Below the pieces are notes generated by a model. It ran no database searches. It was not told the DNA's origin and worked only from the letters and a program-made list of their open reading frames with translations. A stretch of 64,000 nt of DNA from Alphaproteobacteria bacterium (GTDB lineage Bacteria; Pseudomonadota; Alphaproteobacteria; Puniceispirillales; Puniceispirillaceae), in contig JAYQTT010000007.1 of NCBI GenBank assembly GCA_038147495.1, forward strand, positions 9,192 to 73,191, read 5' to 3'. The first letter of the stretch is position 1; each line of letters starts with the position of its first letter. Of this stretch, positions 30,128-39,680 are shown one piece after another. The translations under genes were made by a program, and so were the position numbers.

Positions 30128-31227
30128 CACGGTTGGTGATGTTCGGCATTTTGTTTCGATATTTTACCAAGCGTTACCTCGCTTGGGTTTTACTGTGCCT
30201 CGTTTGCTTGACGGCTGTTGTATCACTCATCGATACGGTGGAATTAATCAGACGGGTGAGCGTTCTCAAAACCGGTATCGATGTGAATTTCGGTCTGATG
30301 ACCCTGTTGAACATTCCCAATGTGATGTCGGTTGTTCTGCCTTTTGCACTGTTGAGCGGTTCAATGCTCTGCTTCAACGCATGGAACAAGTCCAACGAAT
30401 TTGTCATTGCCAGAGGAATGGGCATCTCAATTTGGGTGGCAATGAGTCCCGTCTTTTTCGCCGCGTTCGCCTGCGGTCTATTTTATATTCTCGTGATTAA
30501 CCCAATCGGATCCCTGACATCTCGTCAGTATGAGTCCAATATGTCAGAAATCTTTGGATCTGATGAACGAAACCTGTCGGTGACAGCCGAGGGCGTGTGG
30601 TTGCGTGATAGCCAACCCGACAGACAATTGATCATTCATGGCGATGCGCTCGATACGGTAAATGCCGGGGTGATAAATCCAATCATCTATGAATTTATAC
30701 CGCCGCGCGGTCTGGTCACCCGCTATCGCGGCAGTTTTGTCCACCTCACCGACAGTGGCTGGATCATTGAAAACGCAGTGGCGTGGCGGAATGACGGCGG
30801 CAACGAGAATGTCGGCACATTCATGCTGGCGAGTGACGTCAAGTCGCTTGATCTGGAGAGATCAACGGCCCCACCGGAAACAATTCCAATCTACCAGCTT
30901 CCAAATTTTATAAAGGTCCTTGAAACCACTGGCCTGCCGACAACAGATCACAAGATCTACCTTTATCAACTGTTGTCATTGCCCTTCTTGATGGTCGGCA
31001 TCGCAATGCTGGGTGCGCGTTTTACTTTGTCGAACACCAACCGCCAGCGGCGGGTTCAACTCTTCACACGCGGTGTTCTGATTGCAACGGCCATCTTCAG
31101 TTTTGGTCATTTCATGCAAGTTTTGGGCGGATCTTTCAGATTGCCGCCGAATGTTGCTGGATGGGCACCGGCTGCAACCATTTTACTCACCGGCGCCGCC
31201 CTGTTGGCACGCCTTGACGAAAGCTAG
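30124..31227 (+). CDS. lptG: LPS export ABC transporter permease LptG
   Basis: 367 aa, a YjgP/YjgQ paralogue that overlaps the lptF stop. Confidence 0.85.
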   Translation: MTRLVMFGILFRYFTKRYLAWVLLCLVCLTAVVSLIDTVELIRRVSVLKTGIDVNFGLMTLLNIPNVMSVVLPFALLSGSMLCFNAWNKSNEFVIARGMGISIWVAMSPVFFAAFACGLFYILVINPIGSLTSRQYESNMSEIFGSDERNLSVTAEGVWLRDSQPDRQLIIHGDALDTVNAGVINPIIYEFIPPRGLVTRYRGSFVHLTDSGWIIENAVAWRNDGGNENVGTFMLASDVKSLDLERSTAPPETIPIYQLPNFIKVLETTGLPTTDHKIYLYQLLSLPFLMVGIAMLGARFTLSNTNRQRRVQLFTRGVLIATAIFSFGHFMQVLGGSFRLPPNVAGWAPAATILLTGAALLARLDES

Positions 31228-31236
31228 GAAACGAAA

Positions 31237-32496
31237 TTGATGACGCAGATAATTCGTGGGTTAGCGACAATAATCGCATTGTGGTTCGTGACATTTCCGG
31301 CATTTGCCGCGGTTAGCATTGTCGCCACTGTAAATGGCGATCCAATCACAAGCTATGAGCTTGAGCAACGTGTGGCACTTCTGGCAGATGCGACCAATAT
31401 AGAGATCACCGATCAAAATCGAGAGGTGATCACCAGTGATGCCTTGCAGATGCTAATCGATGACAAATTGAAATTGCAGGTGTCCATTGTTGGCAAGCCC
31501 GGCATCGAGGGCGCCGCCATGGCCAAGGCCAATGAACTGATCGATGCAACCTTTGCCGAGAACGGTCTTACCGGCATGAAAGTGCTGCGGGAGATTGGTA
31601 TCGACCCGGCTACTGTTCAGTCAAAATATATCAGTGACCTTGTCTGGATTGATTTTTTACGCAGTACTTACCGCGACAAATTCGATACGATTGATGCAAA
31701 AGTCGAAGCCGAGATCAAACGTCTTGTCGATGATGCGAGCCAGCCGCAAATCCGCTTGAGCGAGATAATCCTGACACCGGCGCCAAACCGCAATTTCAAA
31801 CAAACTTTGAACCTTGCCGCTCAAATGGTCGCCGCTGTCCGCAAGGGTGCAAATTTCAATGCGATTGCCCAACAATATTCATCCGCAGGAAGCGCGCAGC
31901 AAGGCGGACGTGTTGGTTGGGTTACAATCTCACGATTGCCGGAAACCTTTATCGAGGCTCTGGCACCGCTGGAAAATGGCGAGGTCACCGAACCGATAGC
32001 GCTTGACGGCAACGTCTATATTTTCCGGCGCGATGGCAAACGTGAAAAAGGTCTGGCAGATGACTCGCAAATCCGTGTCTGGCTTGCACGGGCCATCGTT
32101 CCCCTCGCCGAAGATGCCAGTGACGCCGACCGGCTCGAAGCCGCCGCCCGCATCAAGCGAGACAGCGAGAATGTCAAGAATTGTGACGACGTTGAAGCGC
32201 TGAACACAAAATATGAGTCGCAGGCAGTTGCCCGGCTCAATGACATGGTGTTGTCTGATCTTGCGCCGAATATGCAAGAGCTTGTGAATGGCCTTGAGGA
32301 CAATCAGCCAAGTGAACCGATATCATTTTCAAATGGCGTTGCGACAATGATGGTATGTAAACGCGGTGCTCCTGAACTGAACCTGCCACCGCGCAAAGAC
32401 ATTGAACAGCGTGTCGCGGACAAGCTATTTGGTGTTCTCAGTGAGCGTCACCTGATCCGACTGAGGCGCAGTGCCGTCATCGATGTACGTGGCTGA
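31237..32496 (+). CDS. surA: Periplasmic chaperone/peptidyl-prolyl isomerase SurA
   Basis: 419 aa with a signal peptide, SurA N-domain (VATVNGDPITSYELEQR) and one parvulin domain. It sits upstream of pdxA-rsmA. Confidence 0.8.
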   Translation: MMTQIIRGLATIIALWFVTFPAFAAVSIVATVNGDPITSYELEQRVALLADATNIEITDQNREVITSDALQMLIDDKLKLQVSIVGKPGIEGAAMAKANELIDATFAENGLTGMKVLREIGIDPATVQSKYISDLVWIDFLRSTYRDKFDTIDAKVEAEIKRLVDDASQPQIRLSEIILTPAPNRNFKQTLNLAAQMVAAVRKGANFNAIAQQYSSAGSAQQGGRVGWVTISRLPETFIEALAPLENGEVTEPIALDGNVYIFRRDGKREKGLADDSQIRVWLARAIVPLAEDASDADRLEAAARIKRDSENVKNCDDVEALNTKYESQAVARLNDMVLSDLAPNMQELVNGLEDNQPSEPISFSNGVATMMVCKRGAPELNLPPRKDIEQRVADKLFGVLSERHLIRLRRSAVIDVRG

Positions 32497-32499
32497 TCG

Positions 32500-33513
32500 A
32501 TGAGTTCAGCGCGCCACGCCAAGCCTGTTCTTGTCACCCCCGGCGATCCAGCTGGTATCGGCGCAGAAATTGCGCTGAAAGCCTTTCAGGCAGGACAGGT
32601 CAATTTTCTATTGATGGAAAATGCTGAAAGGCTGGAGGCTCTCTGCAAGCAATTGTCGTTGGATATCGACATAAACGTGATTGAGGAGCCGGAGAGTTTT
32701 CAGCCAGATATACAATCTTTGCAAATCATAAATATTGACTGGAACACACCACCGATTGCCGGTTGCAGTGATGCAAAAAATGCCAAACAGATCATTGATG
32801 CAATTGAAACCGGCGCCAGATGGGCACAGCAAGGCCGAATTGCGGCACTGACCACCAATCCCATATCCAAATCGACCTTATATGAAGCAGGTTTTCGCCA
32901 TCCGGGGCACACCGAGTTTCTCGGCAGCCTTGCCCCGCATACCGAAAGCGGCCCGGTTATGATGCTGGCCTGTGACGCGCTTCGTGTTGTGCCGCTCACC
33001 ATCCATATCCCGCTTGCCGATGTCGCGGCCAGCATCTCCAGCAAGCTGATCATCGACAAGACACGATTGGTCGCAGAACAATTGGCACAATCATTTGGCA
33101 TAACAGAGCCACGCATTGCCATTTGCGGGCTTAACCCACATGCCGGTGAAAATGGTAAAATGGGTCTGGAAGATCAGGACATAATTGAACCCGCGATCGC
33201 TACCCTCCGTGCCGAGGGAATAAATGCCTCGGGCCCGCATCCGGCGGATACATTGTTCCATGCAGATGCAAGAAAAACCTATGACGTTGCCATCGGCATG
33301 TATCACGACCAGGTTCTTGTGCCATTGAAAACACTCGATTTTTTTGGCGGTGTGAATATCACCTTGGGACTGGATTTCATCCGCACATCACCGGATCATG
33401 GCACCGGCCTTGATATTGCAGGCACTGGAAAGGCCCGACCCGACAGCCTTATTGCCGCCATCTCCACTGCCTATCAAATGGCCACCCATCACATGTCGGC
33501 TGATCCAAGATGA
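32500..33513 (+). CDS. pdxA: 4-hydroxythreonine-4-phosphate dehydrogenase
   Basis: 337 aa; PGHTEFL, GLNPHAGE and MYHDQ motifs. Confidence 0.92.
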   Translation: MSSARHAKPVLVTPGDPAGIGAEIALKAFQAGQVNFLLMENAERLEALCKQLSLDIDINVIEEPESFQPDIQSLQIINIDWNTPPIAGCSDAKNAKQIIDAIETGARWAQQGRIAALTTNPISKSTLYEAGFRHPGHTEFLGSLAPHTESGPVMMLACDALRVVPLTIHIPLADVAASISSKLIIDKTRLVAEQLAQSFGITEPRIAICGLNPHAGENGKMGLEDQDIIEPAIATLRAEGINASGPHPADTLFHADARKTYDVAIGMYHDQVLVPLKTLDFFGGVNITLGLDFIRTSPDHGTGLDIAGTGKARPDSLIAAISTAYQMATHHMSADPR

Positions 33514-34388
33514 CGAATCATCCGTCTGCTGAAGAGATTGAGCGAAGCAACGACAGGATTAACGCTCTTCCGGGATTGCGGAGCCTTGTCGATGCACTTG
33601 ATATGCGGGCACGGAAGTCGCTTGGCCAGAATTTTCTGTTTGACCTTAATCTGACGAGACGCATCGCCAGAGCGGGGACACCGCTGAATGGAACGACCAT
33701 TGAGGTTGGCCCCGGCCCCGGCGGTCTGACGCGAGCCATTCTGCTCGAGGGCGCGCAAAAGGTAATCGCGATTGAAAAGGACCGGCGTGCGGCAACGGTG
33801 CTTGATTCGTTGCTGGCGGCAGCGGGTGACCGGCTGGAACTTGTCGAGGATGATGCCCTGCGATGCCCGATATGGGAGCTCGGTGACGCGCCACGTCGGA
33901 TCATCGCAAATCTTCCATACAACATAGCCACGCAATTGCTCATTGATTGGTTGGCACATGCAGACTCCTTCACGTCAATGACACTGATGTTCCAGCGCGA
34001 GGTCGCGCTTCGCATCACCGCGCGGCCCGGTGACAGTGAATATGGACGCCTCAGCATCCTTGCCAACTGGAAAGCGGATACAGAAATCCTCTTTGATGTC
34101 CCACCATCAGCCTTTGTTCCTGCACCAAAGGTCACATCATCGGTAGTTCAGGTCAAACCGCTTGCCGAGCCCCGCTTTGAATGTGACCAGACACTTCTTG
34201 AAGAGGTCACACGGCACGCTTTCGGACAACGCCGCAAAATGCTCCGCGCGTCATTGAAACCACTCGGCGGTGAAGAACTTTTGGATGCCGCCGGTGTAAA
34301 CCCGCAATCCAGACCGCAAGACCTTGAGATTGCTGAATTCTGCGCAATGGCGCGTTGTCTTGAGGCCAAGCGGACGCAAAAGGCCTGA
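33510..34388 (+). CDS. rsmA: 16S rRNA (adenine1518/1519-N6)-dimethyltransferase
   Basis: 292 aa; LGQNFL, IEVGPGPGGLT and NLPYNI motifs. Confidence 0.93.
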   Translation: MTNHPSAEEIERSNDRINALPGLRSLVDALDMRARKSLGQNFLFDLNLTRRIARAGTPLNGTTIEVGPGPGGLTRAILLEGAQKVIAIEKDRRAATVLDSLLAAAGDRLELVEDDALRCPIWELGDAPRRIIANLPYNIATQLLIDWLAHADSFTSMTLMFQREVALRITARPGDSEYGRLSILANWKADTEILFDVPPSAFVPAPKVTSSVVQVKPLAEPRFECDQTLLEEVTRHAFGQRRKMLRASLKPLGGEELLDAAGVNPQSRPQDLEIAEFCAMARCLEAKRTQKA

Positions 34389-34420
34389 CACGCCTGCCAG
34401 TTGCCTCATTTGATTTGAAG

Positions 34421-35065
34421 TTATTGGCCGTTGCGAAGACGCTTTACAAAATCTGTAAGGCCGACCTGCCGGTCACGGCGTAAACGCTCTGCAGCGAGGA
34501 TTGCTTTCACCGAAGCCACAGCCTGATCGATCTCGTGGTTGACGATGATATAGTCATATTCTCGATAATGGCTGATCTCATCAGATGCCTCAGCCATGCG
34601 TGCAGCAACCACTTCAGCCGAATCCTGCGCCCGCGACTTTAGCCTTTTTTCCAGATCACGCGTCGATGGCGGCAGAATAAACACCGATACCAGATCCTCG
34701 CGCTTGGCATCGGCGACCTGTTGTGTGCCTTGCCAATCTATATCAAACAAAACATCACGGCCCATTGCCAGCGCGTCCATGACAGGTGCCTTTGGCGTGC
34801 CGTAGTAATTACTGAAAACCTTGGCATATTCCAAAAAATCACGATTGTTGATCATGATATGGAAACTGTCCTTGTCGACAAAATAATAGTCACGGCCTTC
34901 GACCTCTCCCGGGCGGCGCTTTCGCGTTGTCGCAGAAATCGACATCTCAATATTGTCGTCTTCATCCAGCAGACGGCGTGCGATGGATGTCTTTCCGGCC
35001 CCAGACGGCGATGACAGCACCAACATCAGCCCCCGTCGCCCAATCACCTTGTCTGATTCACTCAT
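34421..35065 (-). CDS. gmk: Guanylate kinase
   Basis: 214 aa; P-loop SSPSGAGKTS and TTRKRRPGE. Confidence 0.93.
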   Translation of the reverse strand: MSESDKVIGRRGLMLVLSSPSGAGKTSIARRLLDEDDNIEMSISATTRKRRPGEVEGRDYYFVDKDSFHIMINNRDFLEYAKVFSNYYGTPKAPVMDALAMGRDVLFDIDWQGTQQVADAKREDLVSVFILPPSTRDLEKRLKSRAQDSAEVVAARMAEASDEISHYREYDYIIVNHEIDQAVASVKAILAAERLRRDRQVGLTDFVKRLRNGQ

Positions 35066-35098
35066 GATTTTGCCTGTCCTCTGACCAAAATGGGTTCA

Positions 35099-36088
35099 TC
35101 ATTGCGCGGCTTCAGCCTGCCGTTTGCGGAATAGTCTGACATTCTTGTTGTGGGCGTCCAGTGTTTTTGCAAACAACAGACCGCCCTCACCATCAGATAC
35201 AAAATACAAGTTTTTGGTTTTTGCCGGCTGTAAGACCGCCTGAATTGCCTCACGGCTGGGATTGCAAATGGCTGTCTTTGGCAATCCTTTGATTACATAG
35301 GTGTTCCAGTCCGTGCGCCGTTTCAAATCAGCCTTGCTGATGACTTTGTCCGGATCAACATTCAGCCCATAGAGAACCGTTGGGTCGGATTGCAGGCGCA
35401 TCCCCCTTTTAAGCCTATTGATGAACACACCGGCCACTTCCCGCCTCTCTTCGCTTTTACCGGTCTCCAGCTCAACGATGGATGCCAGAATAAGGGCATC
35501 ACGCGGCGATGTAAGAGGCAGGTCTGGTTGCCGGTTTATCCATGCTTCCAGAAGCTCAATTTCGCGCTTTTCCAGCATCCTGTCCAAGAGTGCCTGACGC
35601 TGCGCCCCATGCGTAAAGAAATATGTTTCCGGCAGCACATAGCCCTCTTCGGGCTGTGATGTTATCTCGCCTTTCAACATGGGCAACGCCATAAGAAGGC
35701 CAACCGCATCCTCTACCCGCGTACCTTCTATGATGGTCAGCCGGCGCTGGTAACTGCGGCCTTCGTCCATTATGGCGAGAATCTCACCAAGGCTCGCCCT
35801 TGCCGGAATCAGATACTCTCCAGCCTTCGGGACATAGCTGTCACCAACAAACAATCGGGCCATATCATAGTAATAGAGATGCGTTATCAGACCGGCACGC
35901 TTCATCTCCCAGCGGATAGTCGCATGACCGTCACCCGGCTCAATGACCAGAAAGCTATCGGCATCATGGGGACCGGAGGCCTGCATGACATGGCGTTGCA
36001 CGCTCCACAGAACAATTGTCGCCAATATTGCAAACAGGGCAACCGCCGCCACCGCCCGGCCCAAAACCCGGACGGTACGGATGGCCAT
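35099..36088 (-). CDS. mltG: Endolytic murein transglycosylase MltG (YceG-like)
   Basis: 329 aa with an N-terminal TM anchor and YceG domain (ASIVELE, NTYVIKGLP). It lies immediately downstream of fabF. Confidence 0.85.
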   Translation of the reverse strand: MAIRTVRVLGRAVAAVALFAILATIVLWSVQRHVMQASGPHDADSFLVIEPGDGHATIRWEMKRAGLITHLYYYDMARLFVGDSYVPKAGEYLIPARASLGEILAIMDEGRSYQRRLTIIEGTRVEDAVGLLMALPMLKGEITSQPEEGYVLPETYFFTHGAQRQALLDRMLEKREIELLEAWINRQPDLPLTSPRDALILASIVELETGKSEERREVAGVFINRLKRGMRLQSDPTVLYGLNVDPDKVISKADLKRRTDWNTYVIKGLPKTAICNPSREAIQAVLQPAKTKNLYFVSDGEGGLLFAKTLDAHNKNVRLFRKRQAEAAQ

Positions 36089-37351
36089 TTAGGCCACCTG
36101 GCCGACAATCAACGAGGCGTTGGTGCCACCGAAACCAAAAGAATTCGACATGGCGTTGCGTACCTCTCGGTTGCGCGACTTCAAAGGCACCAAATCAAGC
36201 CCAGCGACAGAATCTTCGGGGTCATTCAAGTTGAGTGTCGGAGGCAAATCGCCTGTTTCCACAGCCTTGATCGAATAGATCGCCTCAATTGCGCCTGCCG
36301 CACCCAACAGATGTCCGGTTGCACTTTTCGTAGAGGACATGGACACGTTCTTCGCCGCATCGCCAAGCAACCGCGACACTGCGCCCGCCTCAATAACGTC
36401 TCCAAGCGGCGTAGATGTGCCGTGGGCATTGACATAGTCAATCTGGTCAGCAGACAGACCAGCCCGCTTCAGCGCGGCCTGCATGGCGCGGAAACCACCA
36501 TCTCCATCTTCGGCGGGTGCCGTAATGTGATGCGCATCACCAGACATGCCATAGCCTTTGACCTCAGCATATATTTTCGCACCACGCGCTTTTGCATGCT
36601 CAAGTTCCTCAAGAACCACGATTCCGGCGCCCTCACCCATAACAAAGCCGTCACGCCCCTTGTCCCACGGGCGCGACGCAATCTCTGGCGTGTCGTTATA
36701 ACCTGTCGAAAGTGCTCGTGCTGCAGCAAAACCTGCCATACCGATACGGCATACAGCGGCTTCTGCGCCGCCAGCCACCATCACGTCAGCGTCATCAAGT
36801 GCCACCATCCGCGCGGCATCACCAATCGCATGCGAGCCGGTTGAGCATGCGGTCACAACGGAATGATTGGGGCCACGGAAACCATATTTGATCGATACAT
36901 GACCAGAGATCAGATTGATCAATGCCGAAGGGATAAAGAAAGGGCTGATCCGGCGCGGTCCGCGCTCATTCATCAGCTGATCCGTCTGTACGATTGTGTC
37001 AAGCCCGCCAATACCCGAACCGATCATCACACCGGTACGATTCTGGCCTTCGACATCTTCGGGCTTCCAGCCGGAATTTTCAACGGCTTGAATGGCCGCG
37101 GCAAGACCAAGCTGAATGAATCGGTCCTGTTTACGCTGTTCACGCGGCTCAATGAAATCATCAAGATTGAGACCGCCCTCTACGTCAGGGCCAGGCACCT
37201 GACCTGCAATCTGACAAGCGATATCACTGACGTCAAAATTCTCAATTCGCGAGATACCACTCGCCCCACTGATGATTTTCGACCAGTTATGATCCACACC
37301 CACCCCAAGTGGAGTGACCATTCCCATCCCGGTAACTACAACGCGGCGCAC
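36089..37351 (-). CDS. fabF: Beta-ketoacyl-ACP synthase II
   Basis: RRVVVTGMGMVTP, active-site ACSTGSHAIGDA, HGTSTPLGD and GHLLGAAG motifs. GTG at 37351-37349 is preceded by GGAGG at a 6-nt spacing; the track ORF starts earlier at TTG 37387. Confidence 0.92.
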   Translation of the reverse strand: MRRVVVTGMGMVTPLGVGVDHNWSKIISGASGISRIENFDVSDIACQIAGQVPGPDVEGGLNLDDFIEPREQRKQDRFIQLGLAAAIQAVENSGWKPEDVEGQNRTGVMIGSGIGGLDTIVQTDQLMNERGPRRISPFFIPSALINLISGHVSIKYGFRGPNHSVVTACSTGSHAIGDAARMVALDDADVMVAGGAEAAVCRIGMAGFAAARALSTGYNDTPEIASRPWDKGRDGFVMGEGAGIVVLEELEHAKARGAKIYAEVKGYGMSGDAHHITAPAEDGDGGFRAMQAALKRAGLSADQIDYVNAHGTSTPLGDVIEAGAVSRLLGDAAKNVSMSSTKSATGHLLGAAGAIEAIYSIKAVETGDLPPTLNLNDPEDSVAGLDLVPLKSRNREVRNAMSNSFGFGGTNASLIVGQVA

Positions 37352-37388
37352 AGCAGACCTCCGAACAGCTTTCGTTACAAAAGACAAA

Positions 37389-37430
37389 CGGCCTCTTGGT
37401 TCGTGAAAATTCTACACGAAAAAGAGGCCG
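37389..37430 (-). terminator. Long hairpin (terminator/attenuator) between acpP and fabF
   Basis: Minus strand: CGGCCTCTT-t-TTCGTG-tagaatttt-CACGAA-cc-AAGAGGCCG, followed by tttgtctttt. Confidence 0.6.
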
Positions 37431-37448
37431 AATTATAATTTAAACGAG

Positions 37449-37685
37449 CTAAGCAGCGTTCTTTTCGAGGAAAGATACAGCATCTTTCACAGTCAGAATG
37501 CTCTCGGCAGCATCGTCTGGAATTTCAACGCCGAATTCTTCTTCAAACGCCATCACCAGTTCAACCGTATCAAGGCTGTCGGCACCAAGATCGTCGATGA
37601 AGCTTGCGCCCTCAACAACCTTGTCAGCGTCAACGCCGAGATGTTCTACCACGATGTTCTTTACACGATCTGCAATATCGCTCAT
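37449..37685 (-). CDS. acpP: Acyl carrier protein
   Basis: 78 aa; [14 protein letters not shown] phosphopantetheine site. Confidence 0.97.
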   Translation of the reverse strand: MSDIADRVKNIVVEHLGVDADKVVEGASFIDDLGADSLDTVELVMAFEEEFGVEIPDDAAESILTVKDAVSFLEKNAA

Positions 37686-37820
37686 TTAGGCCCCCTATTG
37701 AGAAGGTTAGAGTTGCCCCCGCTCGCGAGGGAATTAAGAATTTGCGCGGCAATAACATAGTTTGACGCCCAATGCCACCCTGAATGATGACTTGTGAGGC
37801 AGTTTTCACCAAGCAAAAAA

Positions 37821-38558
37821 CTATAGCATGGCCATGCCACCATTTACATGGATGGTTGCCCCTGTGACATAGGCCGCTTCATCGCTGGCAAGATAGGTTA
37901 CAGCTGCGGCAATTTCACCCACCTGTCCCAACCGGCCTGCCGGTACCCGGCCAAGCAATGTGTCTTTTTGCGCGTCTGACAATGCATCTGTCATTGGCGT
38001 CTCGATAAAGCCAGGGGCGACAATATTTACTGTGACACCACGGCTGGCGACCTCTTGGGCAAGTGATTTGCTGTACCCGATCATGCCAGCCTTTGATGCA
38101 GCGTAATTGGTCTGTCCGGGGTTGCCCGTGACGCCAACAATCGACGAGATTGAGATGATCCGGCCATGACGCGCTTTCATCATATTGCGTAATGCCGCCC
38201 GACACAAAATCATGCTGGCGGTCAGATTGACCTCAAGCACCTGATCCCACTCTTCGTCCTTCATCCGCATCGCCAGATTATCCCGGGTGATACCGGCATT
38301 ATTGACCAGAATCGACACCGGACCGGCTTTTTCAGCGGCAGCGTCAATGACACCAGCAACCGCCTCGCGGTCTCCCAAATTGGCCGTGACAACATGACTG
38401 CGGTCACCAAGCTCAGCGCTCAATGCCTCCAGCTTTTCAGCGCGCGTGCCATGCAACACCACCGTTGCCCCCTGCCCGTGCAACGATTTTGCAACGGCTT
38501 CGCCGATACCGCCGCTGGCACCCGTGACAAGGGCTGTCTTTCCCGACAAATCAAACAT
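37821..38558 (-). CDS. fabG: 3-oxoacyl-ACP reductase
   Basis: MFDLSGKTALVTGASGGIG, NNAGIT and YAASKAG motifs. The internal ATG was chosen as the start. Confidence 0.92.
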   Translation of the reverse strand: MFDLSGKTALVTGASGGIGEAVAKSLHGQGATVVLHGTRAEKLEALSAELGDRSHVVTANLGDREAVAGVIDAAAEKAGPVSILVNNAGITRDNLAMRMKDEEWDQVLEVNLTASMILCRAALRNMMKARHGRIISISSIVGVTGNPGQTNYAASKAGMIGYSKSLAQEVASRGVTVNIVAPGFIETPMTDALSDAQKDTLLGRVPAGRLGQVGEIAAAVTYLASDEAAYVTGATIHVNGGMAML

Positions 38559-38681
38559 GATGACTCCTTTGGTGGTGGTGTGGCGCAATGATGCTTCAAA
38601 CGCCTGTAACGTGGGTAAAACGACTAGCTAAAATTTAGAGCAAAGCGCCACATCATAGCAAGTGGCTGTATCGGCAGTATG

Positions 38682-39476
38682 TCAGAAGGTGACGCCATTG
38701 TTGCGCATCTCAAGAAGGCTTTGTTCGATCAAAGACAGGCTAACGGCAAAATTAACACCAGCGTCTATGTCTGCTTCCTTGGTGAAAATGGCGCTTACCA
38801 TCCCCACCAACGCACCATCTGCACGCACAAGCGCACCACCAGATGCGCCCGGGTTGATCGCCGCGTCTGTCTGGATAAAATCCTCTATCTCATTAAAACC
38901 AATGTTTTGACGGGCGGTTGCGGATGTCACACCACAAGTAAGAGACACCCCCAGCCCAAAGGCATTGACCAATGCACACACATGTTCACCGACCACTGGT
39001 GCACTGTCGGCAAGCGTGATTGGTGACAGGCTTGCTTTCACGCGAAGCACTGCTATGTCGCGGCGTATATCAAGCCCGTGCAGTTCTGCGTCATGGCGTG
39101 CGCCATCCGGCAATATGATTTCTATTCGTTCGGCCTTTGCCACCACATGCGCCGCAGTCAGGATGTAACTGCCAGCTGAAGAGCCAATCGGATAAACAAT
39201 CCCGCTGCCTTCAGGTGCGACGCCGTTGGGTGCGCCAAACCCGGGGCGGGCATAACCCGGCCATGTCGGCGCCACCACCAGAACTGATTTATGGGAGGCG
39301 GACCATGTCATCGGGCCATGATCGGCCCTTGCGCTTTCTGTGTATGGGCCTGAACCGGCAAACAAGACAAAACACATGATGGCAAGGCACCGCCATAATC
39401 GTGCGATTAAAGGCACCTTCGCTGTGAGACAGCCATGATAGCATTTTGTGCTTTGATGTGACGCGCGGGTTGGCAT
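38682..39476 (-). CDS. Secreted trypsin-like (S1C/HtrA-type) serine protease without PDZ domain
   Basis: Catalytic triad contexts LTAAHVV, RRDIAVLRV and NPGASGGALV, with a hydrophobic N-terminal signal/anchor. About 264 aa, with no room for a PDZ domain. Confidence 0.8.
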   Translation of the reverse strand: MPTRASHQSTKCYHGCLTAKVPLIARLWRCLAIMCFVLFAGSGPYTESARADHGPMTWSASHKSVLVVAPTWPGYARPGFGAPNGVAPEGSGIVYPIGSSAGSYILTAAHVVAKAERIEIILPDGARHDAELHGLDIRRDIAVLRVKASLSPITLADSAPVVGEHVCALVNAFGLGVSLTCGVTSATARQNIGFNEIEDFIQTDAAINPGASGGALVRADGALVGMVSAIFTKEADIDAGVNFAVSLSLIEQSLLEMRNNGVTF

Positions 39477-39503
39477 TAACGCCGACAGAATGGCTTATGC
39501 CAG

Positions 39504-39626
39504 CTACAGGCGGACGTTAGCCCCACTGTACACAGACGCCGAGTCCATGCCAGTGCTGACCAGCACATAATATGCAACAATAGCAATCACCACGGCCACA
39601 GAGCCGCTGATAAATACCATTTTCAT
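39504..39626 (-). CDS. 40-aa single-TM peptide
   Basis: MKMVFISGSVAVVIAIVAYYVLVSTGMDSASVYSGANVRL. It is wedged between the WD40-cytochrome c gene and the protease gene on the same strand. Not in the ORF track. Confidence 0.3.
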   Translation of the reverse strand: MKMVFISGSVAVVIAIVAYYVLVSTGMDSASVYSGANVRL

Positions 39627-39680
39627 CGTGCAAACACTCCCTTATCTATCCAATATCGGTATCATGGGTTTCATAAGATA

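Noticed and set aside
35879-36844. 321-aa ORF on the plus strand
   Set aside because: It is antisense to mltG and fabF, both with strong family motifs. The translation is Arg/Cys/His-rich with no recognisable domain.
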